A stretch of DNA of 64,000 bases, from NCBI GenBank assembly GCA_964395115.1, contig CAYMZX010000006.1:26041-90040 (forward strand). The letters run 5' to 3'. Source of the stretch: an uncultured Gammaproteobacteria bacterium. GTDB taxonomy: Bacteria; Patescibacteriota; Microgenomatia; UBA8517. Position 1 is the stretch's first letter. Each line of letters begins with the position of its first letter. Made by a program: the position numbers and the translations under genes. Below are positions 20,862 through 30,858 of this stretch, piece by piece. The notes under the pieces are model-generated. The model saw nothing but the letters and a program-made list of their open reading frames with translations, ran no database searches and was not told the origin of the DNA.

Positions 20862-22523
20862 ATGGATACACATTCCTCCTTTGTTTGTCTAGCTGTTCTT
20901 GACGGTTGGGGGTTAGCTCCTCCGGGACCTGGAAATGCTGTCGAACTAGCGAATACCATCAACATGGATAGATTCTGGGCTTCGTTTCCTCATACGCAAC
21001 TACACGCCGCTGGTGATGCCGTTGGTCTTCCTAAAGGAGAAGCAGGGAACACTGAAACCGGTCACCTAAATCTTGGTGCCGGGAGAATTGTTTATCAGGA
21101 TTTAGCGAGAATAAACATGGCAATTGCGGATGGGTCTTTTTTTACCAACAGGATTCTTTTAGGAGCCTTTGAACATGCTAAAAATAATAACTCCAGCCTC
21201 CATCTGTTGGGGCTCATGGGAGCGGGCGGCGTTCACTCCAACCTCGAACACTTATTCGCTCTTATCCGAATGGCCGCTCTGAAAAACTTTAAAAAGCTAT
21301 TTCTGCATTTATTTACCGACGGAAGAGACTCCCCCCCTACGGCTGCCAAAACGTATCTGGCAAGAATAAGAGAGGTAATACAAAGAGAGAGGATTGGCAC
21401 AATCGCTTCAATAATGGGAAGGTACTGGGCAATGGATAGAGACTTAAGATGGGATAGAACTGCAAAAGCTTATTTTGCACTGACAAAAGGAGAGGGACAC
21501 TTAGTAAAAACTCCCGAAGAAGCAATCGACTTCTCTTACTCTCAAGGTAAAACTGACGAATTTATTGAACCGGCGATTATTTCATCGGCGCAGGGAATAC
21601 CAATAACGACCATAAAAGACAATGACGCCGTTATTTTTTTTAATTTTAGGGTAGACAGGCCAAGACAGCTTTCAAGAGCTTTTGTTTTAGAAGATTTTTC
21701 GAAGGCAAATTTAGACTTTGCTTATGATCCTTATCTAGTTAAATACACCAAAAAACACCTTATCGAAAGAGCCGTTCCGGCCAGCCCATTTATGCGAGGA
21801 CAAAAGCTGAAAAATCTTTATTTTGTTACTATGACCGAATACGAAAAGGCTCTAGTGGAAAATGGTGCCGTAGTCGCTTTTCCGCCAGAGCTGATAGAAA
21901 TGCCACTTGGTCGAGTTCTGATGGACGCTGGTAAAAAACAGTTGCGAATGGCAGAGTCGGAAAAGGAAAGATTTGTCACCTTTTATTTCAACGGCCAGCA
22001 GGAATTACCTTTCGAGGGCGAGGAACGATATATTGTTCCGTCTCCTAAGGTCCCTACTTATGACCTAAAACCGGAAATGTCCGCTAGAGAATTGACAGAA
22101 GCCCTATTGGGCAGACTTAGAGAAAACAGCCATACCTACGATTTCATATTGGTAAATTATGCGAACCCGGATATGGTTGGTCACACTGGAAGCATAGGGG
22201 CGGCAGTTAAAGCTTGCGAGGTTGTAGATGAATGTGTTGGCAAACTTGCGAATTTCGTTCTGGCTTACGGAGGAACACTTTTAATAACCGCGGATCATGG
22301 AAATGCCGAAGAAATGATTGATGCACACACCGGGGCGATTGAAACAGAACATAGTACAAACATGGTACCATTTATAGCGGTTTCGAGAGAGCTAATGAAT
22401 ATCTCTCAAAACTTACAAGCCGGTATTCTTGCCGATGTGGCGCCAACAGTACTTTCTTTATTCGGGATTCCCATTCCTTCGACGATGACTGGACATAACT
22501 TGCTGGAGGGAATAGAAATGTAA
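20862..22523 (+). CDS. gpmI: 2,3-bisphosphoglycerate-independent phosphoglycerate mutase
   Basis: iPGM metalloenzyme motifs. The internal ATG at 20862 was chosen because the longer ORF overlaps eno. Confidence 0.85.
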   Translation: MDTHSSFVCLAVLDGWGLAPPGPGNAVELANTINMDRFWASFPHTQLHAAGDAVGLPKGEAGNTETGHLNLGAGRIVYQDLARINMAIADGSFFTNRILLGAFEHAKNNNSSLHLLGLMGAGGVHSNLEHLFALIRMAALKNFKKLFLHLFTDGRDSPPTAAKTYLARIREVIQRERIGTIASIMGRYWAMDRDLRWDRTAKAYFALTKGEGHLVKTPEEAIDFSYSQGKTDEFIEPAIISSAQGIPITTIKDNDAVIFFNFRVDRPRQLSRAFVLEDFSKANLDFAYDPYLVKYTKKHLIERAVPASPFMRGQKLKNLYFVTMTEYEKALVENGAVVAFPPELIEMPLGRVLMDAGKKQLRMAESEKERFVTFYFNGQQELPFEGEERYIVPSPKVPTYDLKPEMSARELTEALLGRLRENSHTYDFILVNYANPDMVGHTGSIGAAVKACEVVDECVGKLANFVLAYGGTLLITADHGNAEEMIDAHTGAIETEHSTNMVPFIAVSRELMNISQNLQAGILADVAPTVLSLFGIPIPSTMTGHNLLEGIEM

Positions 22524-22537
22524 AATTATATTTTTGT

Positions 22538-23164
22538 ATGGAAAAACTTACATCGCTTTTTGTTGAACATTTAACGCTACTAATTAGTCAGTATGGAGAA
22601 TGGGCTGTATTCTTGCTTATGACTGCGGAATCGGCTTTGATTCCTATCCCTTCGGAAATAACCATGCCTTTCGCTGGCTTTCTGGCTGGAAGGGGAGTAT
22701 TGAATTTCTGGATTATAGTTACAATTGGGGCCGTTGGCAATGTACTTGGTTCGGTTTTGGCCTATTGGTTGGGATATGCCAAAGGCGAGATCTGGATTCG
22801 GTTAGCCATTAGAAAATGGGGAAAGTGGCTTTTAATCAGAGAATCGGAGTTGGATGTAGGAATGGGGTGGTTACAGAAATATGGTCATGTCGTCGCCTTT
22901 ATTTCCAGACTTCTTCCAGTCGTTAGAACTTTTGTTTCATTACCCGCAGGAATTGCCAAAATTAATCTTTTAAAATTTTCTATTTTAACTTTCGTTGGTT
23001 CTTTCCTCTGGTCTTCAGCACTGGCTTATTTAGGACTTAAATTAGGTCAGAACTGGCTGGCAATAGAGCCTTACTTTAGAAAATTTCAGTTTCTAATTGT
23101 TGGTCTGGGAATCACGGCTGTTATTTTCTATATCTATTCCCACATAAAAAAGAGGGGCGAGTAG
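22538..23164 (+). CDS. DedA/SNARE-associated family membrane protein
   Basis: DedA core with the conserved E and R loop, and TM helices. Confidence 0.8.
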   Translation: MEKLTSLFVEHLTLLISQYGEWAVFLLMTAESALIPIPSEITMPFAGFLAGRGVLNFWIIVTIGAVGNVLGSVLAYWLGYAKGEIWIRLAIRKWGKWLLIRESELDVGMGWLQKYGHVVAFISRLLPVVRTFVSLPAGIAKINLLKFSILTFVGSFLWSSALAYLGLKLGQNWLAIEPYFRKFQFLIVGLGITAVIFYIYSHIKKRGE

Positions 23165-23190
23165 TCCTTCTTCCTTGACAATTATTCGGT

Positions 23191-23814
23191 TTAATTTCTT
23201 CCGTATCGTCGAATCAGTCCTACAACTCTACCTTGGATTCTAACGTTTTTGACAAAAATAGGGCTCATTTTGGCATTGGCAGGCTCTAACCTTATGCGGG
23301 TCGCTTCTCTAAAAATCCTTTTTAAAGTCGCCATCCCATTATCAAGAAGCGCAACAACAATTTCGCCGTCCGAGGCGTCTTCCGTTTGTTCCACTACCAC
23401 GTAATCCCCATCTCTTATTTGTTCTTCGATCATACTCTCACCTCGAACCTGGAGCACATAAACACGTTTTTTCCCGGAGACAAACGCGGATGGAATTACC
23501 ATGGTCGCGTTTGGATCGGTATACGGTTCTATTGGTGTTCCTGCGGCAATAAAACCTAATATAGGGACTTCCATTTCCGAATAAAAAAACTTAATTTCAG
23601 ACTGACTGAGTTCTATAGCTCTAGTTTTCCCTGCCTTTCTCTTTAAAAGTCTTTTATTTTCCAAGGCGGTCAAGTGCTCATGTACGGTTGCCAAGGAAGA
23701 AACCCCAATCGCCTCGGCAATTTGCTTCAGGGTTGGAGCCGTACCATGGGCTTGTATATGCTGTTTTATAAAGTCTAAAATCTGTTTCTGTCTTTTATAT
23801 AATACTGGTGCCAT
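23191..23814 (-). CDS. lexA: LexA repressor (S24 peptidase)
   Basis: N-terminal wHTH, an AG cleavage site, and the Ser/Lys dyad context in the C-terminal S24 domain. The internal Met was chosen as the start. Confidence 0.8.
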   Translation of the reverse strand: MAPVLYKRQKQILDFIKQHIQAHGTAPTLKQIAEAIGVSSLATVHEHLTALENKRLLKRKAGKTRAIELSQSEIKFFYSEMEVPILGFIAAGTPIEPYTDPNATMVIPSAFVSGKKRVYVLQVRGESMIEEQIRDGDYVVVEQTEDASDGEIVVALLDNGMATLKRIFREATRIRLEPANAKMSPIFVKNVRIQGRVVGLIRRYGRN

Positions 23815-23929
23815 TAAATACAAAATACAAATAAAACCCGAAAGTGTCAAGACCTAAATCTATATTCTATATACCTACTGTATTTTTTCCATACTGCCAT
23901 CGCTGAATTTTATTGTTAAACTACTATTA

Positions 23930-25789
23930 ATGAAGAAGCTTTTTGTAGTACTGTGCGTATTTATTCTCTTTTTGTTTTTACCGAAAAATGCGTTTTCGGT
24001 TGACAATTTTTATTCTAATGTCATCGTGGATTACGAGGTTCAAGAATCAGGTATTACGTTAGTTACGCATAGGGTTGCAGTCCAAAATTTAATCTCCGAG
24101 ATTTATGCTACCTCATATACCCTTACTCTAGATAATATCAATCCTCAAAAATTAAACGTTTACGAAGGATCTAATCGATCATCATTTTCAGTTAAAAAGG
24201 AGGGGGAAAGAACCTCAATAATTGTTCAGTTTCAAAACCCAGTTGTTGGTAAAGGAAAATCGAAGGAGTTTAGCATAGTTTATGAGGTCGAGAATTTAGC
24301 TGTCAGGACGGGGGAGGTTTGGGAAATTTCAATACCACGTCTTTCCCCAAATGAAAGTTCTCAAAATTATCAAGTTCGGCTTTCGGTACCACGCTCTTTT
24401 GGTACTGAAGCATATATTTACCCATCCCCACAGGAAGTTTTTCGTTCCGACTCAAGCATACAGTACACCTTTGATAGATCATCGATAAGTAAAAATAGCA
24501 TCGTCGCCGCTTTCGGATCATTCCAAATTTTTTCTTTTGTCTTAAATTATCATTTAGAAAACCCCTTACCCAAAATCGTTACAACCGAAATAGCCTTGCC
24601 GCCTGATACCCATCTCCAGCGGGTTTATTACCACTTCCTTAATCCTAAACCGAACAACGTCTATTTGGATCCTGACGGAAACTGGTTGGCTGTATATATA
24701 TTGAGGCCTAGAGAAAGAGTTGATATTGAAGCTCGCGGAACCGTTCAAATTTTTTCCGGACCTAGAACATTCCTAACTCCTAGCCCGGATACTCTCCAAG
24801 CCAATCTGCAGCCAACAAAATACTGGCAGTCAGATAACGAAAAGATTCAGTCACTGGCGAAAAAATTAGTCAAACCTAGAAACATTTATGATTTCGTCTG
24901 GCAAAATCTATCCTACAACTATTCCCGAGTTAAACCGAATGTCGAAAGGCTCGGAGCCGAAAAAGCACTAGAAGAGCCGCAAAATGCGATCTGTATGGAA
25001 TTTACCGATCTTTTTATAGCTCTTGCTCGGGCAGCCGGCACCCCGGCACGAGAAATAAATGGTTTTGCCTACACCGAAAATCCTAATATACAACCACTTA
25101 GTCTAGTGGCTGATGTTCTTCATTCGTGGCCAGAATATTGGGATTCCGAGAAGAAGGTCTGGGTAGCAATCGATCCTACCTGGGCATCCACGACAAAAGG
25201 GGTAGATTTTTTCTCAAAGCTGGATTTACGACACTTTACTTTTGTAATTCATGGTCGGGACGACCAGAAACCTTTTCCTCCCGGATCGTATAAGTTGGGT
25301 CCGAATCCCCAAAAAGATGTCTTTGTAAGCTTTGGTTCCCTTCCTGAAGAAAGAATTAGCTATCCGATAATCGAAGTCCACAGTATTAAAAGATTTCCAT
25401 TTACAAGCCCCAAGTATAAAGTAAGGATCACCAACCCGGGTCCGGTTGCTCTGTATAATTTACCAACTTCTATCTTTTTTGATGACAAAACCCAAAAAAT
25501 AGATAATCTTGAAGCCCTTCTACCATTTGCAAGTGTCGAAAATGTTATTTCTATCCCCTATAGTTTTCTGGGTAGCAAAACACCAGAAAAAATAACCGTT
25601 ATTGCCGGAGACAGGCAATTTCAAATGCTCACCGAAAAAAACCAAATTATAAACGAGTGGCTGATTGTCGTTTCTGTGGTCGTTTTCACTCTTCTTTTAT
25701 TCGCTTTGTTTAAGCTTAAAGGTGTAAATTTAAAGATTTGGTTACAAAAATTCATTAAAGCTGTTAGAAAACAAAAAGAAATCGATTAA
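23930..25789 (+). CDS. Secreted transglutaminase-like cysteine protease domain protein with a C-terminal TM anchor
   Basis: Signal peptide, transglutaminase core CMEFTDLFIALARAAGTPAR, and a C-terminal hydrophobic helix. Confidence 0.6.
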   Translation: MKKLFVVLCVFILFLFLPKNAFSVDNFYSNVIVDYEVQESGITLVTHRVAVQNLISEIYATSYTLTLDNINPQKLNVYEGSNRSSFSVKKEGERTSIIVQFQNPVVGKGKSKEFSIVYEVENLAVRTGEVWEISIPRLSPNESSQNYQVRLSVPRSFGTEAYIYPSPQEVFRSDSSIQYTFDRSSISKNSIVAAFGSFQIFSFVLNYHLENPLPKIVTTEIALPPDTHLQRVYYHFLNPKPNNVYLDPDGNWLAVYILRPRERVDIEARGTVQIFSGPRTFLTPSPDTLQANLQPTKYWQSDNEKIQSLAKKLVKPRNIYDFVWQNLSYNYSRVKPNVERLGAEKALEEPQNAICMEFTDLFIALARAAGTPAREINGFAYTENPNIQPLSLVADVLHSWPEYWDSEKKVWVAIDPTWASTTKGVDFFSKLDLRHFTFVIHGRDDQKPFPPGSYKLGPNPQKDVFVSFGSLPEERISYPIIEVHSIKRFPFTSPKYKVRITNPGPVALYNLPTSIFFDDKTQKIDNLEALLPFASVENVISIPYSFLGSKTPEKITVIAGDRQFQMLTEKNQIINEWLIVVSVVVFTLLLFALFKLKGVNLKIWLQKFIKAVRKQKEID

Positions 25790-25846
25790 ACAATTAGACT
25801 TTAAAATATATCTCGCTGCTTGATTTGACAATTTATACTCCTAACT

Positions 25847-26263
25847 GTGATACTGAAACTAATGAAAGCAATCCTGAGACAGTACGTGTTTGAAACAGTC
25901 ACCCTATATATATCTTCCCAGGTAGCCTCGGGTATGGTTTTTGAAAAAGGAACAGCAACCATATTAATGGCTGGAATTGGATTAACAATCGCAACGCTCA
26001 TTGTTAGACCACTTGTCAATATTCTCATTCTCCCTTTAAATTTAATAACCTTCGGTCTCTTTAAATGGGTTTCTTCCGCGGTTGCTCTTTATTTGGTTAC
26101 TCTTATCGTTCCGGGGTTCAAAATAACCTTATTTTTTTTCGAGGGGTTTTCTAGCAAATGGATAGATATACCATCCTTTCAATTAGAAGGTGTTTTGGCC
26201 TATATTGCCTATTCTTTTTTGATATCCTTCATTGCTTCCTTATTACATTGGCTTGTCAAGTAG
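25847..26263 (+). CDS. Membrane protein of the PF04020 (holin-4_2-like) family
   Basis: Four TM helices with the RPLVNILILPLNLITFGLF...LIVPGF pattern. Confidence 0.5.
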   Translation: MILKLMKAILRQYVFETVTLYISSQVASGMVFEKGTATILMAGIGLTIATLIVRPLVNILILPLNLITFGLFKWVSSAVALYLVTLIVPGFKITLFFFEGFSSKWIDIPSFQLEGVLAYIAYSFLISFIASLLHWLVK

Positions 26264-26295
26264 CTTTTCGCTATAATTAGAGCATTAATCGAACC

Positions 26296-26508
26296 GTGGC
26301 TACCACTTTATTGATTTTACAGATAATCGTATCCATTCTTCTAATTAGTTTGATATTGGTCCAAAGCAAAGGTACAGGCTTTGGACGCGTTTGGGGATCT
26401 TCTAATGTAAGTTTCGCCCGAAGGGGTCTAGAAAAATTAGTTTTTCGGGCAACATTTATCCTTTCGGGTATTTTTTTAATAATATCCTTGCTGCAAATCC
26501 TTGTTTAA
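26296..26508 (+). CDS. secG: Preprotein translocase subunit SecG
   Basis: 70 aa, two TM helices and an LVQSKGTGFG motif. Confidence 0.7.
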   Translation: MATTLLILQIIVSILLISLILVQSKGTGFGRVWGSSNVSFARRGLEKLVFRATFILSGIFLIISLLQILV

Positions 26509-27831
26509 ATGCGCACTATCCGATATTTGTTCCGATTAATTTTTACCTTTTTGGCAAGGTTTAAAGGAGTTATTTTGATCGGAGTTATTTTAGGCGTAAT
26601 TATCTTTATCTTTGTCCACCTTTTTGGAAAAACATGGTTCTTTCGAAAAACAGAAAAAATTGGAATTGTTGGGAAATACCACTTAGACAACCTTCCTATC
26701 GGCATAACTACATTAATAGCCAACGGGCTAGCAAAGATAAATAGCGATGGTTCGGTCGAGCCGGATTTAGCCAAATCTTGGGAGACGGCCGACAATGGAA
26801 AAACGTGGATATTTACCCTAAAAGATCATTTGCGATGGCAAGACGGGAAAAGACTGACAAGCTTGGATATCAACTATCAATTTTCAGACGCTGAGATAGA
26901 AAAACCCGATGAAAATACTATAATTTTCAAACTCCAGAGCCCTTTCGCTCCCTTTCCTGCCGTTGTTTCTAAACCAATTTTTAAAAAGGGTTTGCTTGGG
27001 ACCGGCGAGTGGAAGGTGGATAAAGCTAGTACGTTGGGCGGATTTGTCCAGAAAATTGTATTGATAAACGGCCAAGGAAATAAGAAAATATTCAAATTCT
27101 ACCCTACCGAGGAAAGAGCTAAATTAGGGTTTAAACTAGGAGAAATCGACATACTCGCCGAAATTTTTAATCCCACACCTTTTACTTCATGGAAAACAGT
27201 AGATGTTGAAGCAAATATTCAGAAGCGCCGGATTGTGGCAATATTTTTAAATACCCAAGATAAATTACTTGCCGAAAAAAGCTTCAGGCAGGCATTGGCA
27301 TACGGCATCAACAAAGAAAAGTTTGAAGGTCCAAGAGCCATAAGTTGTATTTCGCCCGATTCGTGGGCATATAACCCTCAGGTTAAACCATATAACTATG
27401 ACGAAAATAAGGCCAAAAAATTATTATCTGAGCTCCCCGACGAATTAAAGGAAAACCCTACTTTAGTATTGGATACAACCTCCGTTCTCTTGCCAATTGC
27501 CGAGGCAGTAGTTAAAGATTGGCAGGCGATCGGCATAAATGCTTCAATTAAAGTAAATTCGGCAATTCCAGCGGACTATCGGGCATTGTTAGTAATAGTG
27601 GAAATTCCGCAAGATCCAGACCAGTATTCGCTTTGGCATTCTACCCAGATCGCCTCAAATATATCCAAGTATTCTAATCCAAGAATAGATAAATTACTAG
27701 AAGAAGGTCGGTCGCAGTTAAATATTGAAGAAAGAAGAAAGATTTACCTAGACTTCCAAAGGTTTCTTCTTGAAGACTCGCCAGCAATTTTTCTTTACCA
27801 CCCACCCCTTTACACTATTAGGAGAAAATAA
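26509..27831 (+). CDS. ABC transporter substrate-binding protein, family 5-like (short)
   Basis: N-terminal TM/signal anchor and SBP_bac_5-like N-terminal segments. Confidence 0.6.
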   Translation: MRTIRYLFRLIFTFLARFKGVILIGVILGVIIFIFVHLFGKTWFFRKTEKIGIVGKYHLDNLPIGITTLIANGLAKINSDGSVEPDLAKSWETADNGKTWIFTLKDHLRWQDGKRLTSLDINYQFSDAEIEKPDENTIIFKLQSPFAPFPAVVSKPIFKKGLLGTGEWKVDKASTLGGFVQKIVLINGQGNKKIFKFYPTEERAKLGFKLGEIDILAEIFNPTPFTSWKTVDVEANIQKRRIVAIFLNTQDKLLAEKSFRQALAYGINKEKFEGPRAISCISPDSWAYNPQVKPYNYDENKAKKLLSELPDELKENPTLVLDTTSVLLPIAEAVVKDWQAIGINASIKVNSAIPADYRALLVIVEIPQDPDQYSLWHSTQIASNISKYSNPRIDKLLEEGRSQLNIEERRKIYLDFQRFLLEDSPAIFLYHPPLYTIRRK

Positions 27832-27884
27832 ATCGTGTAAAGACAGAAAAAGGCAGATTAAACTTAGGGCCACCCGAGGCATCG

Positions 27885-27959
27885 GGGTGGCTGACGCGAT
27901 TCGAACGCGCAACCTCAAGGTCCACAACCTCGCGCTCTAGCCATTGAGCTACAGCCACC
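27885..27959 (-). tRNA. tRNA-His (GTG) with an encoded G-1; no CCA
   Basis: Cloverleaf parsed by hand: G-1 pairs with C73, U8, anticodon loop TTGTGGA, T-loop TTCGAAT. Confidence 0.8.
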
Positions 27960-28060
27960 AAATTGAGGATGCTAAATAATATTATAGCAAAACCTAATTA
28001 AAAAAATTAGAAAATCGCTTCCCGGGCGAGGATTTAATTTAACAACCTTTCCAGGGGGGA

Positions 28061-28561
28061 TTATTGAAGCTTCGATTTGGGGTTTACCCAAAGCATCCAT
28101 CCATCAACCCATGTTCGACCATGAACATCCAGAGTGTCGTACCAGCGTTTATTAAATTCATTTTTACCTATCTGCCAAATTCCTTTACGTGACGTAGAAG
28201 GATCAACAAGGGTTAACACTTTAGCCTTTTTGTCGTAATCGCCGACTATCGAATAATGTCCGCAAGGTTCGTCTTCATCTAAGTCATCGGTCCAGTTTAC
28301 AATAACAATATTTCCTTTATTTAAATGATGTTCAATGTCGGCAAAAATGGCATTTATTTTGTAGTTTACGATCTTGAAAAATTTACTTAGGTAGGACAGC
28401 ATGATTTGCTGATTGGTACCCCACCAATCTTTGTAAATCGCCCTGGCTATTTCCTTCTGAGTTTTTTTTATCCCCACGGCAAGGAGAACCATTTGAACCA
28501 CCGCCGGTCCGCACCAGCCGGGTTTTTCCTGAAAACGGTGATATTTATTCCATGAAATCAT
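28061..28561 (-). CDS. Papain-like cysteine peptidase (C39_2/BtrH-like)
   Basis: GWCGPAVVQM catalytic Cys context and a downstream CGHYSIV His. Confidence 0.55.
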   Translation of the reverse strand: MISWNKYHRFQEKPGWCGPAVVQMVLLAVGIKKTQKEIARAIYKDWWGTNQQIMLSYLSKFFKIVNYKINAIFADIEHHLNKGNIVIVNWTDDLDEDEPCGHYSIVGDYDKKAKVLTLVDPSTSRKGIWQIGKNEFNKRWYDTLDVHGRTWVDGWMLWVNPKSKLQ

Positions 28562-28563
28562 AA

Positions 28564-28634
28564 GAGCGGGGTACGGGAGTCGAACCCGTCTTCTCAGCTT
28601 GGAAAGCTGATGTTGAACCGCTCAACTAACCCCG
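28564..28634 (-). tRNA. tRNA-Gly (TCC)
   Basis: Hand-folded cloverleaf: acceptor GCGGGGT/ACCCCGC, anticodon loop TTTCCAA. Confidence 0.8.
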
Positions 28635-28642
28635 CTAATGGT

Positions 28643-28719
28643 TTGGTCGGGGAGGGCGGACTCGAACCGCCGACCTCACGCTCCCAAAGCGCGCACTCTA
28701 ACCAACTGAGCTACTCCCC
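28643..28719 (-). tRNA. tRNA-Pro (TGG), CCA encoded
   Basis: Acceptor CGGGGAG/CTCCCCG, anticodon loop TTTGGGA, T-loop TTCGAGT. Confidence 0.85.
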
Positions 28720-28736
28720 GTTAATTTCCCGCGATT

Positions 28737-28822
28737 GTGCCGGGAGGGAGACTCGAACTCCCACGCTACATTCGTAGCAACAGATTTTAAGTCTGTCCTG
28801 TCTACCGTTCCAGCATCCCGGC
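28737..28822 (-). tRNA. tRNA-Leu (TAA), type II long variable arm
   Basis: Acceptor GCCGGGA/TCCCGGC, anticodon loop CTTAAAA, long variable stem-loop. Confidence 0.8.
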
Positions 28823-28917
28823 CCACCTGCAAGTGATATTTTACTATATAATTGACATTTCTTCAGCTTTTCTCTAGTCTAAAATTAATAGCGTTTAGGA
28901 GGGGAGGTGATATAAAG

Positions 28918-29304
28918 GTGAGAAAGCCGGTGGCTTTATTAATTTTCTGGATGTTAAACTGCATAATTCTTTACGTCGCCTCTGTTATTTTCCCGCAAAG
29001 TTATGAATTGGGTACCTATCGAATTAGCGAGTTATCGTCAGCGATCTTTGCTGGTTTTTCCTGGACGGCCCTTGTGTGGATAGGCAAGCAAATATTAAAG
29101 CGGTTTGGAGTGAAGCTAGCCAAGGAAAAAGAACGAGTAGTCTATTATTATATTCCCGCCAACTTCATTGCTCTGTGGCTAATATCTAGATTCAGCTACT
29201 TTTTCGGATTCGGAATTGTTAGTTTCTGGTGGGCCCTATTGCTTGGAGTTGCGGCCGCTTTTTTGCAGTTTGGTGTCTGGAGGCTAGTAAAAAAAGGTAA
29301 ATAG
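28918..29304 (+). CDS. Hypothetical 4-TM membrane protein (GTG start after a GGAGGTGA RBS; a longer alternative starts at 28852)
   Basis: ORF plus hydrophobic helices. There is no RBS before the upstream ATG. Confidence 0.4.
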   Translation: MRKPVALLIFWMLNCIILYVASVIFPQSYELGTYRISELSSAIFAGFSWTALVWIGKQILKRFGVKLAKEKERVVYYYIPANFIALWLISRFSYFFGFGIVSFWWALLLGVAAAFLQFGVWRLVKKGK

Positions 29305-29309
29305 ATCAA

Positions 29310-29384
29310 TGGCGCCCCTGGAAGGAATCGAACCCTCACCTCATGGTCCGAAGCCATGCGCTCTATCCGTTAAGCCACAGGGGC
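29310..29384 (-). tRNA. tRNA-Arg (TCG), CCA encoded
   Basis: Acceptor GCCCCTG/CAGGGGC, anticodon loop CTTCGGA. Confidence 0.85.
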
Positions 29385-29419
29385 ATTAAATTATTTTCGC
29401 TATAATTATACCTCATAAA

Positions 29420-30493
29420 ATGAGTTTTACCCAAACAGTCAACGCCCTCGAAGAAGAAATACGAAAAACTCCTTACAATAAGGCAACGGAACATCATATT
29501 GGCAAACTCCGAGCGAGATTAGCCCGAATTAAAGAAAAACAACTGGAAAAAGAAAATAGGTCGGTGGGGGGCGGAACTGGATTTGCCGTCAAAAAACAAG
29601 GCGATGCCACTGTTGTTTTAATCGGACCTCCTTCGGTCGGAAAATCAACTCTTTTAAACCGTCTGACTAATGCTAAATCAAAAGTGGCACCATATATTTT
29701 TTCTACCGTCTCGGTTATACCGGGAATGCTTCTTTACCGAAATGCCCATATCCAGATTTTGGATCTTCCTGGTCTGATTGAGGGAGCCCGTCAGGGTAAA
29801 GGATTGGGGAAAGAGGTTATTTCGGTAGCCCGCGTTGCTGACCTACTTGTTATTATGTCTGAAATTGGAAAGGAGGACTCGAGTAAGACTATTTTGAACG
29901 AATTAGAGAAAGCCGGCATTCGTATAAACAAGGAAAGACCTAAGATTAAAATTCAAAAAAAAATTTCCGGAGGAATAGTCATCTGTTCCAATACCAAACA
30001 ATTATTATCCAAGGAGACAATTAGAGATGTTGTTTCGGAATTTGGAATTAAAAATGCTACAGTAACACTGGAGGAAAATATTACATTAGATCAATTACTG
30101 GACTGTCTCTCTCAAAGCACGGTTTATTTGCCTGCGATTTTTGTTGTCAACAAAGCCGATAAGATAAAAAAACGAACCCAACTTACTTATGATGATATTC
30201 TATATATTAGTGCAAAAGACGGCTCTGGTCTCGAACAGTTAAAAGAAAAAATTTGGGAAAAATTAAAACTAGTGGAATTATATTTGATCAAGCCCGGCGA
30301 ACCCATGGGAAGACATACACCAATTATTATGAAAAAAGGCGAAACTCTTTACGATATAACCTTGAAAATAGGGTCTGAATTTGCTAGGAGTAAAAAGCTA
30401 GCTAAAATCTGGGGCGGTTCTGCTAGTTTTCCTGGGCAGTCGGTACCTTTAACAAGGGTAGTTGAACAAGATCTGATGGTTATGTTTATATGA
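29420..30493 (+). CDS. DRG/Rbg1-like OBG-family GTPase with a C-terminal TGS domain
   Basis: DRG-type N-terminus (NKATEHHIGKLRARLARIK), G1 GPPSVGKST, G3 DLPGL, G4 NKAD, and a TGS-like C-terminus. Confidence 0.75.
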   Translation: MSFTQTVNALEEEIRKTPYNKATEHHIGKLRARLARIKEKQLEKENRSVGGGTGFAVKKQGDATVVLIGPPSVGKSTLLNRLTNAKSKVAPYIFSTVSVIPGMLLYRNAHIQILDLPGLIEGARQGKGLGKEVISVARVADLLVIMSEIGKEDSSKTILNELEKAGIRINKERPKIKIQKKISGGIVICSNTKQLLSKETIRDVVSEFGIKNATVTLEENITLDQLLDCLSQSTVYLPAIFVVNKADKIKKRTQLTYDDILYISAKDGSGLEQLKEKIWEKLKLVELYLIKPGEPMGRHTPIIMKKGETLYDITLKIGSEFARSKKLAKIWGGSASFPGQSVPLTRVVEQDLMVMFI

Positions 30494-30504
30494 AGCAGTG
30501 TTTT

Positions 30505-30513
30505 TGATATAAT
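30505..30513 (+). promoter_or_regulatory. Extended -10 element TGaTATAAT about 12 nt upstream of the tRNA array
   Basis: Sequence TGATATAAT at 30505-30513; the first tRNA starts at 30525. Confidence 0.35.
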
Positions 30514-30524
30514 CTACACGTACT

Positions 30525-30608
30525 GCAGACGTGGCGGAATGGTAGACGCGTACGGTTCAGGGCCGTATGAGGTTTACCCTCGTAGAGGTTCAAATCCTCT
30601 CGTCTGCA
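30525..30608 (+). tRNA. tRNA-Leu (CAG), type II
   Basis: Acceptor GCAGACG/CGTCTGC+A, anticodon stem TACGG/CCGTA with loop TTCAGGG, T-loop TTCAAAT. Confidence 0.85.
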
Positions 30609-30609
30609 C

Positions 30610-30685
30610 TCGCAGCTCGTGAGAGATCGGATTTGAAAGTGCCAAGTAAGGAAAACGCTTTGCACACAAATCCTCTCGTCTGCAC
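30610..30685 (+). repeat. 57-nt insert (30610-30666) followed by an exact 19-nt direct repeat (30667-30685) of the tRNA-Leu(CAG) 3' end (30591-30609)
   Basis: Direct string identity caaatcctctcgtctgcac at both positions. Confidence 0.85.
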
Positions 30686-30692
30686 CCGACAA

Positions 30693-30775
30693 GCACTCGT
30701 GGCGGAATTGGCATACGCGATAGCTTGAGGAGCTATGCCCGTAAGGGCGTGGGAGTTCGAGTCTCCCCGAGTGCA
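30693..30775 (+). tRNA. tRNA-Leu (GAG), type II
   Basis: Acceptor GCACTCG/CGAGTGC+A, anticodon stem ATAGC/GCTAT with loop TTGAGGA. Confidence 0.85.
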
Positions 30776-30776
30776 C

Positions 30777-30858
30777 TCACATACGTTCGTGCTCACGTGG
30801 ATGCTCGATAGTGCCAAGTAAGGTAAGAGGCTTTGCACACGAGTCTCCCCGAGTGCAC
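30777..30858 (+). repeat. 63-nt insert (30777-30839), related to the previous insert, followed by an exact 19-nt direct repeat (30840-30858) of the tRNA-Leu(GAG) 3' end (30758-30776)
   Basis: Identity cgagtctccccgagtgcac at both positions. The inserts share ctc.ca..cg.tcgtg at the start and agtgccaagtaagg.aa...gctttgcacac at the end. Confidence 0.85.

Noticed and set aside
23815-23930. Searched the lexA upstream region for an SOS/LexA box
   Set aside because: There is no convincing palindrome of either the CTGT-N8-ACAG or the CGAAC-N4-GTTCG type. Only a TACTG direct repeat is present. I cannot call an operator.
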